This document shows positions 12,424-23,266 of a stretch of DNA of 64,000 bases, piece by piece. Each line of letters opens with the position of its first letter. Within the stretch, counting starts at the first letter, position 1. Origin of the DNA: an uncultured Actinomycetota bacterium (GTDB taxonomy: Bacteria > Actinomycetota > Actinomycetes > Actinomycetales > Microbacteriaceae); contig CAWBVS010000019.1 in assembly GCA_963792285.1 (NCBI GenBank), positions 2,938-66,937 of the forward strand, given 5' to 3'. The position numbers and the translations under genes are program-made. The notes under the pieces were generated by a model. That model made no database searches and had not been told where the DNA came from. It saw only the letters and a program-made list of their open reading frames with translations.

Positions 12424-13849
12424 GGAGGCTGCGCATCCACCGTCGTCGCGGCGACGAGCGGGATGTCCACCTCGAAGCGAGCTCCGTGCGGACGGACCGG
12501 AGTCACCCGCACCGATCCGCCGTGCGCTTCGGCGATGGCCCGCACGATCGGCAACCCCAGACCGGTACCCCGATGACCCGTGCGCGAGCGATGGAAGTTG
12601 TCGAACGCCCGCGCTCGGTCCTCTTCGGTGAGACCAGGACCGTCGTCCTGGACCCAGATCCGCAGTCGCCCGCTCGCGGCCGCCGTTCCGATCACGACCC
12701 GGGTGTTCTCCGGAGTGTGGTGACAGACGTTCTCCGCCAGCTGCATGACCACCTGGGTCAGGCGCTGGGCATCGGCCACGGCGGAGCCGAGGCGGCTACC
12801 TCCAGCTCCCATTGCCGAGGACACAGCACCGAGGCCCGACGGTAGGCGTCCTGCGTCCATTGCCCGAGATCTACCGGACCCACCGTCAGGAAGTCGGGAT
12901 GCTCCGCGCGCGCGAGCGTGAGGAGGTCCTCCACCATGCGATTCATCCGATCGATCTCGGCGATGATGACCGCGACCGTCGCCTCCCGCTCGGAGGGGTC
13001 ATCCAGCTCCATCAACTCCAGATGGCCACGGATCACCGTCAGTGGCGCACGCAGTTCGTGGCTGGCCTCGTCGAGGAACTTGCGCTGGGTTGCGAAGGCC
13101 GCTTCCAATCGCGCCAGCATGTCGTTGAAAGCGGATGCGATCTCGGATGCCTCATCCCGGCCGCGCACCGGGATCCGGCGGGTGAAGTCCGTTTCGGAGA
13201 TCGTGCGCGCCGTCTCTGCGAGCGAGCGGAGCGGCCGGAGCACCCGGCCCGAGAACGCGAACGCGATGATGATCGCGACCACGAGCGTCAGCAGTTGGAT
13301 CGCGGCCTCCGTCAGCACGCTGCGGTCGATTTCACTCTCCTCCGGCGACGGATGATTGACGACGACGAACGTCCCCTGACGACCGACATCCACCGGTACG
13401 ACCGAATAGCGCACCTCCCCCGCGTCGACTTCCGCGACTCCGTAGGTCTCGCTTTCGGCGGCCAGCCAGTCGTCCACCAGTCCCGTCAACTGCTCGGCCG
13501 GCAGCGCGTCGCCCGCAGCCTCCGTGAGGTACGGCGCGCCACCGATGAAGCCGATCAGCGTCTCTCCCTCGTCGGGCACCTCCCGCGCGAAGTAGACATC
13601 GAACATCGCCTCGAGATCATCGCCGAACGGCTGGCCGGTCTGCGGGTTCGTCCCTTGGGTGAGAAGGCGGAACTCTTCGACCTCGCGAGACATCGCGAGC
13701 GCGATCTCCTCGTCGAGGCGATCCCGCAGGACATTTCGCAGCAACACGACCGAGACGATGAGCGAGCCCGCGAGAAGGAGCGCGACGACCGCAAGAATGC
13801 GCACGCGCATGTTTCCCAGAAAGCGGCCAGGGCCCCTCCCGTCCGGCAT
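12357..13849 (-). CDS. HAMP sensor histidine kinase; frameshift near 12790
   Basis: Two TM segments, HAMP and H-box ASHELRAPL in ORF 12758..13873; HATPase (QLAENVCHH, VQDDGPG, GTGLGLPIV) in ORF 12357..12860; TACGAT 7 nt before ATG 13849. Confidence 0.9.
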
Positions 13850-14053
13850 GGCCGGGATCGTACGCCGGTACACACGTCCGCGATAGCCCTACCCCGTGCG
13901 GGCACCCGCCCCGCCAACCGACTCTCTCGATGTCGAGAGAGTTCGGGCACGCCTCAGTCGCCCGCCGTGCCGCGGCGGTCATAGGATGGGTGGGCGCCTG
14001 CGCATGGTCCGCTCAGGCGCGAGACGACCTCGCACCGATCAGGGAGGACGACC

Positions 14054-14485
14054 GTGTCCACAGGCACACGCGTGACACCATCGGTATCCGAGACCACCTC
14101 CAAAGTCCCGCGTGGAACGCTGTACCGCGGCAACGAGGGCATGTGGTCGTGGGTGCTGCACCGCATCACCGGCGTCGCGATCTTCTTCTTCCTCCTCGTG
14201 CACGTGCTCGACACCGCACTCATCCGCCTCTCCCCCGAGGCGTACGACGCCGTGATGAGCACCTACAAGAATCCGATCATGGGCCTGGGTGAAGTCGTCC
14301 TCGTCGGCGCGGTCGCCTTCCACGCGTACAACGGACTGCGCATCATCATCGTGGACTTCTGGTCCAAGGGCGCGAAGTACCAGAAGCAGATGTTCTGGAT
14401 CGTGATCGGCGTGTGGCTCGTGACCATGCTGGCCTTCACGCCCCGACACCTCATGAGCGTCTTCTCCGAGATGGGAGGCCAGTGA
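14054..14485 (+). CDS. sdhC: Succinate dehydrogenase cytochrome b556 subunit
   Basis: MWSWVLHRITG, FHAYNGLRII; first gene of the sdh operon. Confidence 0.95.
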   Translation: MSTGTRVTPSVSETTSKVPRGTLYRGNEGMWSWVLHRITGVAIFFFLLVHVLDTALIRLSPEAYDAVMSTYKNPIMGLGEVVLVGAVAFHAYNGLRIIIVDFWSKGAKYQKQMFWIVIGVWLVTMLAFTPRHLMSVFSEMGGQ

Positions 14486-14952
14486 TGACCGCCGACACCA
14501 TCGCGGACCCGCGCTCGCCGAGGTCTGCCGTCCGCCGCAAGGGGCCGAACCTCGAGAAGGCCGGCTGGATCTACATGCGCGTCTCCGGCATGTTCCTGGT
14601 GATCCTCATCTTCGGACACCTGTTCTTCAACCTGATGCTGGGCGACGGCATCCACGGCATCGACTGGGGATTCGTCGCCGGCAAGCTCGCGAACCCGTTC
14701 TGGCAGTGGTGGGACATCATCATGCTCTGGCTCGCGCTGATCCACGGCGCGAACGGCATGCGCACGATCGTCAACGACTACGTCGCGAACAACACCATCC
14801 GGCGCGTGCTGCAGTGGGCACTCGTGCTGTCGGCGGGCTTTCTGATCGTGCTCGGCACGCTCGTGGTCTTCGCGTTCGACCCGTGCAACGGCGTGACGCA
14901 GGACAGCATCTTCTGGGAGCAGTGCCAGAACCTGCCCGCCCCGCGCCTCTGA
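14485..14952 (+). CDS. sdhD: Succinate dehydrogenase membrane anchor
   Basis: TGATG coupling to sdhC; [22 protein letters not shown]. Confidence 0.93.
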   Translation: MTADTIADPRSPRSAVRRKGPNLEKAGWIYMRVSGMFLVILIFGHLFFNLMLGDGIHGIDWGFVAGKLANPFWQWWDIIMLWLALIHGANGMRTIVNDYVANNTIRRVLQWALVLSAGFLIVLGTLVVFAFDPCNGVTQDSIFWEQCQNLPAPRL

Positions 14953-14995
14953 CCTCCCCCGCATCGACGACGCAGCACATGAAGAAGGCACACGA

Positions 14996-16825
14996 GTGAC
15001 GACGACAGCAGCAGCCGGATCGACCGTCAAGAACGGCGTCCACTACCACCAGTTCGACATCGTCATCGTGGGCGCCGGCGGCGCCGGCATGCGCGCGGCG
15101 ATCGAGGCCGGCCCGGGGGCGAAGACCGCGGTCATCTCGAAGCTGTACCCCACCCGGTCGCACACGGGTGCGGCGCAGGGCGGCATGGCCGCGGCGCTGG
15201 CCAACGTCGAAGAGGACTCGTGGGAGTGGCACACGTTCGACACGGTCAAGGGCGGCGACTACCTCGTCGACCAGGATGCCGCGGAGATCCTCGCGAAAGA
15301 GGCGATCGACGCGGTCATCGACCTCGAGAACATGGGTCTGCCGTTCAACCGCACGCCCGAGGGCAAGATCGACCAGCGCCGGTTCGGCGGCCACACGGCC
15401 GACCACGGCAAGACCCCCGTGCGCCGCGCATGCTACGCCGCCGACCGCACCGGGCACATGATCCTGCAGACGCTCTTCCAGAACTGCGTCAAGCTCGGCA
15501 TCAACTTCTTCAACGAGTTCTACGTCCTGGACCTCATCACGGTGAAGGCCGACGACGGCAGCACCCAGATCGCCGGCGTCGTTGCCTACGAGCTCGCCAC
15601 CGGCGACCTGCACGTCTTCCAGTCCAAGGCCGTGATCTTCGCGACCGGCGGCTTCGGCAAGATCTACAAGACGACCTCCAACGCGCACACCCTCACCGGC
15701 GACGGCGTCGGGATCATCTGGCGCAAGGGCCTGCCGCTGGAGGACATGGAGTTCTTCCAGTTCCACCCGACCGGACTCGCGGGTCTCGGCATCCTGCTCA
15801 CCGAGGGTGCGCGCGGCGAGGGTGCGATCCTGCGCAACGTCAGCGGCGAGCGCTTCATGGAGCGGTACGCCCCGACCATCAAGGACCTCGCCCCACGCGA
15901 CATCATCTCCCGCTGCATGCAGCAGGAGGTCGCCGAGGGCCGCGGCGCGGGACCCGCGCGCGACTACGTGCTGCTGGACTGCACGCACCTGGGCGCCGAG
16001 GTGCTCGAGACCAAGCTGCCCGACATCACCGAGTTCGCCCGCACCTACCTCGGTGTCGACCCGGTCGTCGAGCCGGTCCCGGTCATGCCCACGGCGCACT
16101 ACGCGATGGGCGGTATCCCGACCAACAACGACGCTCAGGTGCTCTCGAACAACACCACGGTCGTCCCGGGCCTCTACGCCGCCGGCGAGTGCGCCTGCGT
16201 CTCGGTGCACGGCTCGAACCGCCTCGGCACCAACTCGCTGCTCGACATCAACGTCTTCGGCAAGCGCTCGGGCAAGCACGCCGTGCAGTACGTGCAGACC
16301 GCCGAGTTCGTTCCGCTGCCCGAGGACCCCGCCGCCGAGGTGCGCGGGCTCATCGAGGGCCTCCGCGCAGGCAATGGCACTGAGCGGATCGCCGTCCTGC
16401 GCAAGAGGCTGCAGGATGAGATGGACAAGTACGCCCAGGTGTTCCGCACCGACGAGTCCCTTGGCCGCGTGCTGACCGTCATCGAAGAACTGCGCGAGCG
16501 CTTCAAGAACATCCACGTCGACGACAAGGGCAAGCGCTACAACACCGACCTGCTCGAGGCTGTCGAGCTCGGCTTCCTCCTCGACATCGCCGAGGTCGTC
16601 GTCGTGAGCGCGCGCAACCGCAAGGAGAGCCGCGGCGGCCACATGCGAGACGACTACCCCACGCGAGACGACGAGAAGTACATGAAGCACACGATGGCCT
16701 ATCTTTCGGGGGATGCCGGATCGTCGCACTCCGACGACCACATCCGCCTGGACTGGAAGCCGGTCGTCTTCACGAAGAACGAGGCGGGCGAGCTGCGTTA
16801 CCCGCCGCTGGAGAGGAAGTACTGA
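14996..16825 (+). CDS. sdhA: Succinate dehydrogenase flavoprotein
   Basis: [16 protein letters not shown] (covalent FAD His), QFHPTG, HYAMGG, HGSNRLG. Confidence 0.98.
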   Translation: MTTTAAAGSTVKNGVHYHQFDIVIVGAGGAGMRAAIEAGPGAKTAVISKLYPTRSHTGAAQGGMAAALANVEEDSWEWHTFDTVKGGDYLVDQDAAEILAKEAIDAVIDLENMGLPFNRTPEGKIDQRRFGGHTADHGKTPVRRACYAADRTGHMILQTLFQNCVKLGINFFNEFYVLDLITVKADDGSTQIAGVVAYELATGDLHVFQSKAVIFATGGFGKIYKTTSNAHTLTGDGVGIIWRKGLPLEDMEFFQFHPTGLAGLGILLTEGARGEGAILRNVSGERFMERYAPTIKDLAPRDIISRCMQQEVAEGRGAGPARDYVLLDCTHLGAEVLETKLPDITEFARTYLGVDPVVEPVPVMPTAHYAMGGIPTNNDAQVLSNNTTVVPGLYAAGECACVSVHGSNRLGTNSLLDINVFGKRSGKHAVQYVQTAEFVPLPEDPAAEVRGLIEGLRAGNGTERIAVLRKRLQDEMDKYAQVFRTDESLGRVLTVIEELRERFKNIHVDDKGKRYNTDLLEAVELGFLLDIAEVVVVSARNRKESRGGHMRDDYPTRDDEKYMKHTMAYLSGDAGSSHSDDHIRLDWKPVVFTKNEAGELRYPPLERKY

Positions 16826-17610
16826 TGGCGTCGACGCTCGTCGAGACGGCCGATTCGAACGCGGATGTCGGCATCGACGTCGCGGCCGACACCGGCATCC
16901 AGTCGTTCCTGGTCACCTTCATCATCCGCCGCTTCGATCCGGAGGTGGACGAAGAGCCCCGCTGGGTCGACTACGACGTCGAGCTCTACTCGACCGACCG
17001 AGTGCTCGACGCCCTCCACAAGATCAAGTGGGAGGTCGACGGGTCGCTCACGTTCCGCCGCTCGTGCGCCCACGGCATCTGCGGGTCCGACGCGATGCGC
17101 ATCAACGGCCGCAACCGTCTGGCCTGCAAGACGCTGATCAAGGACCTCGACATCTCGCAGCCGATCTACGTCGAGGCGATCAAGGGACTGCCCCTCGAGA
17201 AGGACCTCATCGTCGACATGGAGCCGTTCTTCGCCTCCTTCCGCGAAGTGCAGCCGTTCCTCATCGCGAACTCGACGCCCGAGAAGGGCAAGGAGCGCAT
17301 CCAGTCGATCGTCGACCGCGAGGTCTTCGACGACACCACGAAGTGCATCCTCTGCGCGGCATGCACTTCGTCGTGCCCCGTGTTCTGGACCGACGGGCAG
17401 TACTTCGGCCCCGCCGCGATCGTCAACGCGCACCGGTTCATCTTCGACTCGCGCGACGATGCCGGTGACGTCCGGCTCGACATCCTCAACGACAAGGAAG
17501 GCGTATGGCGCTGCCGCACGACCTTCAACTGCACCGAAGCGTGCCCCCGCGGCATCGAGGTGACCAAGGCGATCGCCGAGGTCAAGCAGGCCATCCTCCG
17601 CGGACGCTAG
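16825..17610 (+). CDS. sdhB: Succinate dehydrogenase iron-sulfur subunit
   Basis: SCAHGICGSD, CILCAACTSSCP, CRTTFNCTEACP. Confidence 0.98.
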   Translation: MASTLVETADSNADVGIDVAADTGIQSFLVTFIIRRFDPEVDEEPRWVDYDVELYSTDRVLDALHKIKWEVDGSLTFRRSCAHGICGSDAMRINGRNRLACKTLIKDLDISQPIYVEAIKGLPLEKDLIVDMEPFFASFREVQPFLIANSTPEKGKERIQSIVDREVFDDTTKCILCAACTSSCPVFWTDGQYFGPAAIVNAHRFIFDSRDDAGDVRLDILNDKEGVWRCRTTFNCTEACPRGIEVTKAIAEVKQAILRGR

Positions 17611-17629
17611 GCACGGGTATGCTCCGAGC

Positions 17630-18865
17630 GTGAGCACCCCGACCGCCCCCTCGTCCGCCGTGCGGTCGCGGGTCGCGGTCACCGCCGCCTACGCGGCGCA
17701 GGGGCTCGGCTACGCGGTCGTGGTGACCTCGCTCCCGGTGTTCAAGGAGCGGCTGGGCATCGACGATGTTGCGGTCTCGCTCATCGTGCTGCTGGTGTGC
17801 GTCACAGCGGCCCTCGGGTCGGTCGTGGCCGACCTCCTGGCGAAGTGGCGCGGCAGCCGCCTCGCGCTGATCGTCGGCCTGTGCCTGGAGATGGCGGCCC
17901 TCGGCCTCATCGTCGTCTCGGTCGTTGCGCCCGGCTCGCCGCTGTGGCTGTTCGTGGCCGCGTTCGGCCTCTACGGCCTGGGCCTGGGCGGGGTGGATGC
18001 CGGCGGCGCCATGCAGGGCGTGCTCGTGCAGCGCCGCTACGGGCGCGACATCATGGGCGGGTACTTCGCGGCGTACACCGCCGCCGCGATCGTGGGCGCG
18101 CTCACCGTCGCGGGTGCGTCGGCCGCCGGGGTCGCCGTGGTGCTGCCCCTCTCGCTCGCGGCCGTCGTGGCGATCGCGGTCGCGATCTTCGGCGTGAAGG
18201 CCTTCGATCCGGCGCGGGCCGCGACGCCCGTCGGCGGCCGTTCTGCGGCCCGGCTCCCCCGGCGCGGGATCTGGCTCTTCGGCTTCGTGATCCTCGCGGC
18301 CTTCACGGTGGATTCGGCCGTGAGCACGTGGAGCACCGTGTACCTGCAGGACGAGCTCTTCGCGGCGGCCGTGCTCGCCCCGCTCGGCTATGCCGCCTAC
18401 CAGGCCGCGATCCTCCTCACCCGCCTGGTGACAGACCGGGCGTCGGGTCGCTTCGGACGCTCCCGCGTCGTGATCGTCGCCACGGCGACCTCGCTCGTCG
18501 GCTGCGTCGTGGTCGCGCTGCTGCCCTTCCCTGCGGCGGCGATCGTCGGGTTCGCGCTGGCCGGCGTCGCGGTCGGCGCGCTCGTGCCGCTCGCGTTCAC
18601 CTCCGCCGGCGGCCTCGCCCCGGCTCGCAGCGACGAGATCATCGCCCGCGTCAACCTCTTCAACTACGTCGGCGCGGTCCTGGGGGCCGTCCTCCTCGGA
18701 CTCCTGGCGGATGCCCCGGGCCTGGGCCTCGCGTTCCTCCTGCCGGCCGCACTGCTCGTTCCGGTCCTGTTCGTCGCGCGCCGGTTCCGTGCACCCGTGG
18801 CCGCCGACACCGCCCTGCTGTCGGTCGTCGCCGACGGCGAGGTCGCGGCATCCGTGGATCGCTAA
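17630..18865 (+). CDS. MFS transporter
   Basis: About 12 hydrophobic segments; TATGCT 6 nt before the GTG start. Confidence 0.85.
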   Translation: MSTPTAPSSAVRSRVAVTAAYAAQGLGYAVVVTSLPVFKERLGIDDVAVSLIVLLVCVTAALGSVVADLLAKWRGSRLALIVGLCLEMAALGLIVVSVVAPGSPLWLFVAAFGLYGLGLGGVDAGGAMQGVLVQRRYGRDIMGGYFAAYTAAAIVGALTVAGASAAGVAVVLPLSLAAVVAIAVAIFGVKAFDPARAATPVGGRSAARLPRRGIWLFGFVILAAFTVDSAVSTWSTVYLQDELFAAAVLAPLGYAAYQAAILLTRLVTDRASGRFGRSRVVIVATATSLVGCVVVALLPFPAAAIVGFALAGVAVGALVPLAFTSAGGLAPARSDEIIARVNLFNYVGAVLGAVLLGLLADAPGLGLAFLLPAALLVPVLFVARRFRAPVAADTALLSVVADGEVAASVDR

Positions 18866-18874
18866 TCTGTGACA

Positions 18875-20176
18875 GTGAGTCAGAAGAGCGCACGCGGCGA
18901 GGAACACGCACGCGCCGCGGCCGCGGCTGCGGATGCCGCGCGCGAGGAGGAGACGCTCCGCGAGCGCTGGGAGACGACGCAGGAGTCGTTCCGCGAGCGG
19001 TTCGACGCGCCCATCCAGCGCGCGACGCACATCACGAAGGCGACCATGGCGTGGTTCCCGGTCCGGGTGTGGCGGCACTTCCTGATCAACAACGGCTTCC
19101 TGCTGGGTGCGGGCATCAGCTACCAGGCGCTGTTCGCGATCTTCGCCGCGATCTACGTCGCGTTCGCGATCACCGGTCTGTGGCTCGGCGGAAACGCGGA
19201 TGCCGTCAACGCGATGATCGCCCTCATCAACAGCTACATCCCCGGGCTGATCAGCGACACGGGAGTGATCACCCCGGAGCAGGTGCAGGAGATCGCCTCC
19301 AGCACCACCGGCGTGCTCGGTGTCACCGGCATCATCGCCCTCGCGACGGTCATCTGGACGGCGATCGGCTGGGTGACCTACTCGCGGCGCGGGGTGCGCG
19401 ACATCTTCGACATCCCCCCCGATCGGCGCAGTTACGTGCTCCTCAAGGGGCGCGACCTCATCGCCGCCATCATCTTCGGCGTCGCCCTCATCGTCGGTGC
19501 GATCCTCACCTCGATCAGTTCGTGGGCGCTCGCGTGGGTGCTCTCGCTGGTCGGGATCGATACGGGTCCGGGTGTGCTCAACACCAGCGTCCGGATCGGC
19601 TCGGTGATCGTCTCGTTCGCGCTCAACTCGGCCGCGCTCGCGGCGCTGTTCCGCTTCCTCACCGGAACCCAGCTGCGCTGGCGTGCGATCTGGCCCGGCG
19701 CGCTGCTGGGCGGCGCGGCGCTGACCGTGCTGCAGCTGGGCGCCGGCCTGCTGCTGAGCTACACGCCCTCCAACCCGCTGCTGGCCACGTTCGCGATCTT
19801 CGTCGGGCTGCTGCTGTGGTTCAAGATCAGCGGCATCATCATGCTGGTGGCCGCCGCGTGGATCGCCGTGGCCTCGAAGGACAAAGACATCCCCATGCTG
19901 CTGCCGACCGAAGCCGAGCGGATCGCGGCGGAGCACAAGGCGCTCCTCCTCGCCGCCCAGGTGCGGTTGCGCACCGCGCGCGAAGCGCGCGCCGCAGCGC
20001 CGTGGTTCCGCGCGTGGCGGGCGGATTTCGCCGTCCGCGAGGCCGAGGACGAACTCAAACGGGTGGAGGCGTCGGCCCCGGCGCTGCCCGCGCCGTCGAA
20101 GAAGGCCGCGAAGCGGGCCAAGGAGCCGGCGGTCATCCCCCCACCCCATCCGGAGCATGTCAGCGGCGATCATTAG
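18875..20176 (+). CDS. YihY/BrkB-family membrane protein
   Basis: GAGISYQALFAIF, WPGALLGG, FAIFVGLLLWF pattern; TAATCT 6 nt before GTG 18875. Confidence 0.85.
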   Translation: MSQKSARGEEHARAAAAAADAAREEETLRERWETTQESFRERFDAPIQRATHITKATMAWFPVRVWRHFLINNGFLLGAGISYQALFAIFAAIYVAFAITGLWLGGNADAVNAMIALINSYIPGLISDTGVITPEQVQEIASSTTGVLGVTGIIALATVIWTAIGWVTYSRRGVRDIFDIPPDRRSYVLLKGRDLIAAIIFGVALIVGAILTSISSWALAWVLSLVGIDTGPGVLNTSVRIGSVIVSFALNSAALAALFRFLTGTQLRWRAIWPGALLGGAALTVLQLGAGLLLSYTPSNPLLATFAIFVGLLLWFKISGIIMLVAAAWIAVASKDKDIPMLLPTEAERIAAEHKALLLAAQVRLRTAREARAAAPWFRAWRADFAVREAEDELKRVEASAPALPAPSKKAAKRAKEPAVIPPPHPEHVSGDH

Positions 20177-20186
20177 GCTGGAAGAC

Positions 20187-21035
20187 GTGCCCACACGCGT
20201 TCGCCTTGCCTCGATCAACGTCAACGGGATCCGGGCGGCGGTCCGCAACGGCATGAGCGACTGGCTCGACACCGCCGACGTCGACATCATCACTCTCCAA
20301 GAAGTGCGTGCCACGGCCGCCGACCTCGCGACGGCACTGCCCGGGTGGCACCTCGTGAACGACGAGGCGGTCGCGAAGGGGCGCGCAGGGGTCGCGATCG
20401 CGAGCCGGCGGGAGCCCGTAGCGGTGCGGCGCGGGCTGGGCGACGGCTCGGTCGACCTGACCGGCCGGTGGATCGAGGCGGACTTCGACATCGACGGCGA
20501 GCAGCTCACCGCGATCAGCGCCTACGTGCCGACCGGCGAGGCCGGCACCCCGCGGCAGGACGTCAAGTGGCTCTTCCTCGACGAGATGGCGGTGCGGATG
20601 GCGCAGATCGGCGTCGCGACCCCGTTCGCCGTCGTGACAGGCGATCTGAACGTCGGGCACCGCGAACTCGACATCCGCAACTGGAAGGGCAACATCAAGA
20701 ACGCCGGATTCCTCCCCCGCGAGCGCGCCTACTTCGATCGGTTCCTCGGCGAGGCGGGCACGAGGGTCGCCGCCGTCGACGGATCGGTGGGCCTCGGACT
20801 CGGCTGGGTCGACATCGGCCGCCGCACCCACGGCGAGGTCGACGGCCCCTACACGTGGTGGTCGAGCCGCGGCAAGGCGTTCGACACCGACACCGGCTGG
20901 CGGATCGACTACCACCTCGCGACCGCGCCGCTCGCGGCCCGCGCCTCCGGGTACAGCATCGGTCGCGCGCCGTCGTGGGACACACGCTGGAGCGACCACG
21001 CGCCGGTGGTCGTCGACTACGCGCTCGGAGCCTGA
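20187..21035 (+). CDS. xth: Exodeoxyribonuclease III
   Basis: ASINVNGIRAA, LQEVRA, GDLNVGH, YTWWS, GWRIDY, SDHAPV. Confidence 0.93.
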   Translation: MPTRVRLASINVNGIRAAVRNGMSDWLDTADVDIITLQEVRATAADLATALPGWHLVNDEAVAKGRAGVAIASRREPVAVRRGLGDGSVDLTGRWIEADFDIDGEQLTAISAYVPTGEAGTPRQDVKWLFLDEMAVRMAQIGVATPFAVVTGDLNVGHRELDIRNWKGNIKNAGFLPRERAYFDRFLGEAGTRVAAVDGSVGLGLGWVDIGRRTHGEVDGPYTWWSSRGKAFDTDTGWRIDYHLATAPLAARASGYSIGRAPSWDTRWSDHAPVVVDYALGA

Positions 21036-21076
21036 GCGGGCCCGCGGCGGGCGGTCGCGGCATCCGTCTGTCTGCA

Positions 21077-21165
21077 CCCTGTGGGGCTCCGCCCACACCC
21101 CCGGCTTGCCGGCGCGCGCATCCCTGTGGGGCTCCGCCCCACACCCCCGGCTTGCCGGCGCGCGC
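21077..21165. repeat. Tandem duplication of a 43-44 bp REP-like unit with hairpin TGTGGGG-CTCCG-CCCCACA
   Basis: Copies at 21077-21119 and 21122-21165 differ by one C. Confidence 0.85.
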
Positions 21166-21180
21166 CCTTAGGCTAGTCGG

Positions 21181-22185
21181 GTGAGCAAACCCCGCCTGTA
21201 CTCCGGCATGCAGCCCTCGGCCGACTCCCTCCAGATCGGCAACTACATCGGGGCGCTCATGCAGTGGCGCGATCTGCAGGAGGCGTACGACGCGTTCTTC
21301 TCCGTCGTCGACCTGCACGCGCTGACCCAGCCGAACGACCCGGCCGAGCTGCGCGAGAAGACCCGCCGCACCGCGGCGCAGTACATCGCCGCGGGCATCG
21401 AGCCGTCGAAGTCCACCCTCTATGTGCAGTCGCATGTCGCCGCCCACCCCGAACTCGCCTGGATCCTCTCGACGATCACCGGGTTCGGCGAGGCCGGACG
21501 CATGACGCAGTTCAAGGACAAGTCGACCCGCTACGGCAATGACGCGACCTCGGTGGGTCTGTTCACCTACCCGGTGCTCATGGCGGCCGACATCCTGCTC
21601 TATCAGACCGACATCGTGCCGGTCGGCGACGACCAGAAGCAGCACGTCGAACTGACCCGCGACCTCGCCGAGCGGTTCAACTCGCGCTACGGCCAGACCT
21701 TCCGCGTGCCGATGCCGGTGATCCAGCAGGACACCGCGCGCATCTTCGACCTGCAGAACCCTACGGCGAAGATGTCGAAGTCGGCCGAATCGGATGCCGG
21801 CGTGCTGTGGCTGCTGGATGACCCCTCGGTCTCGGCCAAGAAGATCATGCGCGCCGTCACCGACAGCGAGGGATCGGTGCGGTACGACCGCGAGCAGAAG
21901 CCGGGCGTCTCGAACCTGCTCGTGATCTACGCGGCCCTCACCGGCCGTCAGATCCCGGCGATCGAGGACGAGTACGCCGGCCGCGGCTACGGCGACTTCA
22001 AGAAGGGGCTGGCCGATGTGGTGGTCGGCGAGTTCGGTCCGGTGCGCGCCCGCGCGCTCGAGCTGCTCGACGACAAGGCCGAGCTCGACCGCGTGCTCGC
22101 CGCGAACGCCGACCGCGCCGCCGAGGTCGCCGGGCGCACGCTCAGCGACGTCTACGACAAGGTCGGTCTGCTCCGCCGGGTGTAG
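21181..22185 (+). CDS. trpS: Tryptophanyl-tRNA synthetase
   Basis: YSGMQPS, QIGNYIGA, YPVLMAADIL, VPVGDDQKQH, KMSKS. Confidence 0.98.
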   Translation: MSKPRLYSGMQPSADSLQIGNYIGALMQWRDLQEAYDAFFSVVDLHALTQPNDPAELREKTRRTAAQYIAAGIEPSKSTLYVQSHVAAHPELAWILSTITGFGEAGRMTQFKDKSTRYGNDATSVGLFTYPVLMAADILLYQTDIVPVGDDQKQHVELTRDLAERFNSRYGQTFRVPMPVIQQDTARIFDLQNPTAKMSKSAESDAGVLWLLDDPSVSAKKIMRAVTDSEGSVRYDREQKPGVSNLLVIYAALTGRQIPAIEDEYAGRGYGDFKKGLADVVVGEFGPVRARALELLDDKAELDRVLAANADRAAEVAGRTLSDVYDKVGLLRRV

Positions 22186-22220
22186 GGGTCGCCCGGCGGT
22201 CGGCACGGCGACGGATGCAG

Positions 22221-22316
22221 ATGCCGTATTCAGGCTGGTTCGCGAGCTGGAGGAACCGGTCGGTGTGATGGCGGCTGTTCGAACGACGCGGATGGCATCC
22301 GGCCTGATTACGGCAT
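22221..22316. repeat. Left REPIN-like hairpin, 17-bp inverted arms and 62-nt spacer
   Basis: ATGCCGTATTCAGGCTG (22221-22237) and CGGCCTGATTACGGCAT (22300-22316). Confidence 0.8.
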
Positions 22317-22328
22317 GCACGTTGTGGA

Positions 22329-23174
22329 TCACCGCCCGGCGAGCAGTCCCCTGACCGCCGCCAGCACCTCTTGGTCGCGGTACATGATCTGCGCCGCCGT
22401 CAGGCGTAGCACCACGTAGCCGCGCGCTGCCAGCGCGAGGTCGCGGTCGCGGTCCTTGACCTGCTGTTGCCAGTTCTCGTGGAACTCCTTGCTGTCGCAT
22501 TCGATGACGAGCCACCCATCGACCAGGAGATCAACCCGCCCGACTCCGTCGAACTCGACCTGGAGTTCTGTATCGCAGCCGAGAACACGCAGCATGAGCC
22601 GCATCAGCGTTTCGGGACCGGACTCCGCACGGCCGTCGACCAGTGCGCGCAGCACCCCGTACTTGGCCGGAAGAGCACGGAAGACGTCGGCGAGACCCGC
22701 TTCTGAGATGTGACCGAGGTGGAGCGCGCTGTCCAGCGTGGCGATGGCCGCACGCGGTGTCTGGCAGAGCACCGCGTGTGCAAGCGCATCGATCACTGCG
22801 ACGCACGAGTACTCGCGCGGGATGGGGTCGATGAGCGGCAGCCAATGCAGCCGAACTCCGCGCACTCGCTGAGACTCGAGGCGAACACGGCGACTGTGCG
22901 GCGACCGCATCCGACTCGCGGTCCGTGGCAGATGGACATGGATCCTGTCATTGCGAAGCACGAAGACTCCCATGAGCGCGAGCAGCGATAGGCACGTGAG
23001 CCTCCCGCCCACCCGCACGGCGCGCACGACGACGTCGGGCGTGGTCGCCCCTACGTAGAAGCCGCGGCGAGCACGGATGAGGTAGCCCAGCCGAACTGCG
23101 GTGCCGATTCTCGCACGGGTCATACCCTCAGCGCGAAGCTCGGCGGTGCTGAATATGCGGTGTTCGGATGTCAT
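22329..23174 (-). CDS. AbiEi-like wHTH plus DUF559 (Vsr-like PD-(D/E)XK) endonuclease-domain protein
   Basis: N-terminal FSTAELRAEG...LIRARRGFY; AESGPETLMRL; C-terminal QVEF..VGRVDLLVDGWLVIECDSKEFH...DRDRDLALAARGYVVLRLT. Confidence 0.8.
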   Translation of the reverse strand: MTSEHRIFSTAELRAEGMTRARIGTAVRLGYLIRARRGFYVGATTPDVVVRAVRVGGRLTCLSLLALMGVFVLRNDRIHVHLPRTASRMRSPHSRRVRLESQRVRGVRLHWLPLIDPIPREYSCVAVIDALAHAVLCQTPRAAIATLDSALHLGHISEAGLADVFRALPAKYGVLRALVDGRAESGPETLMRLMLRVLGCDTELQVEFDGVGRVDLLVDGWLVIECDSKEFHENWQQQVKDRDRDLALAARGYVVLRLTAAQIMYRDQEVLAAVRGLLAGR

Positions 23175-23266
23175 GCACTCAATGTCGACATCTCATCCGG
23201 GTCGTCCGGGGGTTTATCGCCCACCCGGTGGAACACTCATCGGCGCGATGCGCTGAGGAGGAACGG

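Noticed and set aside
17582-20509. Long ORFs such as 17582..20509 (-), 34429..37815 (-), 44460..47477 (+) and 7572..10157 (+)
   Set aside because: Antisense or off-frame shadows of real genes, Arg/Gly/Pro-rich and expected in high-GC DNA; some contain pieces of frameshifted real genes.
21036-21180. T-box or attenuator upstream of trpS
   Set aside because: No T-box consensus or Trp leader peptide; the gene looks leaderless.
22329-23174. Type IV toxin-antitoxin (AbiE) module or IS element
   Set aside because: No AbiEii nucleotidyltransferase neighbour, no DDE or HUH motifs, and no clear target-site duplication.
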